From the NCBI RefSeq assembly GCF_001194135.2, contig NC_068982.1, positions 84,024,037-84,088,036 of the forward strand: DNA of 64,000 nt, read 5' to 3'. The position numbers and the translations under genes were made by a program. The DNA comes from Octopus bimaculoides (taxonomy: Eukaryota). Positions 60,644 through 64,000 of this stretch are shown piece by piece. The first letter of the stretch is position 1; each line of letters begins with the position of its first letter. Below the pieces are notes generated by a model. It was not told the origin of the DNA. It saw nothing but the letters and a program-made list of their open reading frames with translations, and did not search any database.

Positions 60644-61872
60644 ATGTGGTGGGCTGAAAAGTTCATAGGCTGACTATGAAGGAGTGATGCTAAAGCTGTG
60701 AAATCTTGCAAGCATTAATTTCAAATCTTTTTATTAATAACCGCATTGTTTCTTTACAGGTAAACTGACAATTGACTCTTCAAAGAAGACTTCAAAATTA
60801 ACTAGTAGCGTATTTTCTTGAAAATGGACAAAATTGGCATTGTGGCATTATCAAGTACCTGCAGTAAAAGAGTTTAGTCTCCGAGGACATTCATGCTGAC
60901 ATGCTATTGACATTAGATTATGTTCCAGCTTTATCAAGTGCAAAAGTGGGCAGCTGAATTTAGGAGAACAGAGAGTCTTGAAGATGACCCAAGGTCTGGA
61001 CATCCTGCAGCTGCAACCACTGAGGAAAACATTGATCATGTTCACCATATGGTGATGGATGAGAGGCAATTGATTGTCAATCAAATAGCCAATGCTATGA
61101 GCATATACCATGAGAGTTGAGAATAACAAAACGAACTTGGCATGACAAAGGTTTCTGCTTGGTGGGTGCCACATCTGACATCAGATCAAAAGTGCACCAG
61201 GCTGATCACATCAAAGGAAAATTTGACACTGTTTTGAAGTAAATCCAGCTAGTTTCCTTGAAAATTTCCTAACTCGTGATGAGTGTTGGCTTCATCACTT
61301 TGAGTCAGAGACAAACAAACAATCTATGCAGTGAAAACACCCCACTTCACCTGCTCCAAAGAAAGCCAGCATTGTTTCATCTACAGAGAAGATAATGACC
61401 TTAGTTTTTTGAGATGCAGAAGGTATTGTGTTTATTGACTATCTTCAAATGAGCCACCCCATCAATGCATTAGCAGTTACAAAAGGCTATCAAGACCAGG
61501 AAAAACTGACAAAAGCTGCCTTGTTTTATTAGGACAGTTCTCCAGCACACAAGTCTTTCATTTCAATGACTGCTGTGACTGTGCTTTTGAACTGGTTGAT
61601 TATTGTCCCTATTCTCCTGATTTGGCCCCATATGACTATCATCTGTTCCCCAACATGAAAAAATACTTGGCTGTGAACCCGCATCACAATGATGATGAAT
61701 CTTTTGACTATTGATGAATCTTTTGACTAACAGGATGAAAACTTCTTTACCAGTGGGATCCAAGCACTGCAACACTGGTGTAAGGAATCTGTAGACCGCA
61801 AGGAGGACTATGTTGAAAAATAAACCTCATCTAGTCACATTCCATGAGAGTATATTTTTCGGCTGACCCTGA
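60644..61872 (+). mobile_element. Mariner transposon remnant (near full span)
   Basis: Starts gtggtgggctgaaaagttcataggctgac; VQKWAAEFRR..LEDDPRSGHP, WWVPHLTSDQK, DECWLHHF, YSPDLAPYDYHLFPNMKK. Confidence 0.88.
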
Positions 61873-62197
61873 ACTGGAGGACACCACCTGCTCTGAATTA
61901 AGTAGCAGTCTTGCAGATTTTAGTCACCTTTCTGTTACATTATTCTACACCAGCTACATTAATTATGGTTACTGCAGTCAAAGAGGATGCAGATCTTGTT
62001 TTTCTTTTTCTTGTTCCACTTTTTGCATCAATCTTCTCATTCTTTCTTCTTGTTTTTTCTCATTTTCTCACAGTCCAGCATCCTGATTTTTTTATGAACA
62101 GAACCCAAAAAAGTGCCTGGAGATACATGATGTGGTTTAAAGTATCATAAACCATAGAACTATTAGTATCTCCTTTGTAATTGTGTATTAAATTGAC

Positions 62198-62248
<51 letters not shown>

Positions 62249-62469
62249 TAGAAATAAAATAAACTCAGACAAATACTATTATATTAATGTCCACTATTCC
62301 ATGCTAACATGGGTCAGATGGACATGGATTTTCTAAGGCCAGTTACCCTTCCTATTACTGACCTTCGTCAGGTAATATTTCCCCATAAACAAACATGTTT
62401 CATAGAATTCATTTATTTACACTTACCACTGCAAAGTCAAGGCCAGAAGGAAGTAACACTTGTCTACAC

Positions 62470-62566
62470 ACACACACACACAAAGCAAGCTTCTTGAATT
62501 TCCATCTACCAAATCCACTCACAAGACTTTAGTCAGCTCAGGGCTATAATAGAAAATACTTGCCCA
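62470..62566 (-). mobile_element. Partial SINE family A
   Basis: ttccatctaccaaatccactcacaagactttagtcagctcagggctataatagaaaatacttgccca. Confidence 0.65.
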
Positions 62567-63714
62567 TATATAAATTTTTCAATGACAGTACATAAATTTT
62601 TGATTCCAGAATGTATTAAGTGTGTCTCAATACAATGAACTCATACTTTGAATGCTTAAAATTCTTAAAAAGTGAAACCAAACTTCCAACCCCATTCAGC
62701 TGGGACACCCTGTATCACTTATACTTATTTTACAAATCATATTTATTGCTTATTTACAGTTCATACAACATTTTCATGAAACTATTGAGCCATCGAATTT
62801 AGAAGTATTTTACAGGTTTCATTGTTCATGTTCGATTACTTTGAATATTGATTTTTTTGTGTGTTCAATTTCTAATTTTTGCAGACAATATCACTTTTAT
62901 ATTTTATTTGACACAGGAGTATACACTTATACTTTATTTGTCATGTCTGGAAACCTCATGACATACTTAGATTGTTGAAAAAAAAATGGATCCTTCTATC
63001 CACTACATATTACTAACATTTTATTTAAACAACCCAAGGGAAAAAACCCATACCACCTGCAGTTTTTAGAGAAGCAATCAATATTTGATTCTCACAATCA
63101 GCTGACCTAATTCTGCATTTCACTTGATTCCACAACGTATTTGTAGTGGCTTCATGCAGGCATAGCATGGATTCGATCACATTTCCCAGATGCCTTCGCT
63201 AAGCAGAATAATGTCCTTGCCACTTGACCCTTCTAACCTCTTCTAGGCCACCAAGGGGCTGGAATGGAGATAACAGACCTCCAATGAAATCATTTGTTCT
63301 CAACAACGTCTATCCTTCTGGCTGCTTTTCCATAGTTATAAAAACAAGAACTTTATAAGCTAAAGGCAGTTACTGAGAGCGACCAGCAGTGAGTGTGAAC
63401 ATTATTATTGCACTTACTTCATTTTATTCTTAAACATTAAACACTTCATTCATATACTTATATACGTATATACTACATTTATATATTACCTTTAATAAAT
63501 TAGCCTTCATAAAGTTCACCTTTAAAATGCCACGAGTCTGAGTACTTTCTCTCCAACCTCCGAAAACCACTCTCGCTAACCTCCAGCAATCTCTCCCTCT
63601 TTCAGCTGACAGTTTTTTGTACTTTTTCATGACAGAAAATACACCTTTTGTAGCAGTTATAGTGCAATTGCTTTTTTTATATCAGAGTAATAAGGCGTGT
63701 CAATAGAACATTTT

Positions 63715-63746
63715 TACCCCCAGGAATTACCGGGTACACCAGCTAG
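63715..63746 (+). mobile_element. Helitron-type 3' terminus
   Basis: accccaggaattaccgggtacaccagCTAG|t: hairpin-like GC motif then CTAG (63743-63746) before T. Confidence 0.5.
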
Positions 63747-63764
63747 TGTGTATATCATCATCAT

Positions 63765-64000
63765 CATGATCATCATCATCGTTTAACGTCCGCTTTCCAT
63801 GCTAGCATGGGTTGGACGATTTGACTGAGGACTGGTGAAACCGGATGGCAACACCAGGCTCCAATCTAATTTGGCAGAGTTTCTACAGCTGGATGCCCTT
63901 CCTAACGCCAACCACTCAGAGAGTGTAGTGGGTGCTTTTACGTGTCACCCGCACGAAAACGGCCACGCTCGAAATGGTGTCTTTTATGTGCCACCCGCAC
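63765..64000 (-). mobile_element. Young RTE 3'-tail-related repeat (family D), runs off the window end
   Basis: catcatcgtttaacgtccgctttccatgctagcatggg...; CpGs intact, unlike the older copies. Confidence 0.88.

Overview
AT-rich, microsatellite-rich eukaryotic genomic DNA with several N gaps. The SINE and LINE families look like those I recall from coleoid cephalopods, most likely Octopus (inference, not verified). Two host genes converge tail-to-tail. (1) The terminal coding exon of an SH2-domain protein on + (5912-6085), which is absent from the ORF track. (2) An NRBF2 orthologue on - (class III PI3K/autophagy MIT-domain subunit), with an 85-nt exon at 29264-29348 spliced in phase to a terminal exon at 17488-18167; its first coding exon was not confidently found. 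Almost everything else is decayed mobile DNA: RTE LINEs (one family carries a PHD-like Cys/His finger inside its RT), a BovB-like RTE, a CR1/L2-type LINE, a Penelope-like element with hammerhead-like motifs, Gypsy pol remnants (one with a gag fragment inserted in its integrase), an unclassified LTR family, mariner, Chapaev3 and Merlin remnants, Helitron-like elements (one with telomere-like repeats), three tRNA-type SINE families and several long hairpins. I found no convincing wholly new multi-gene system. The best leads are the ribozyme-like motif family, the RT-embedded zinc finger, the unclassified LTR element and the long palindromes. Element boundaries are approximate unless termini or TSDs are quoted.
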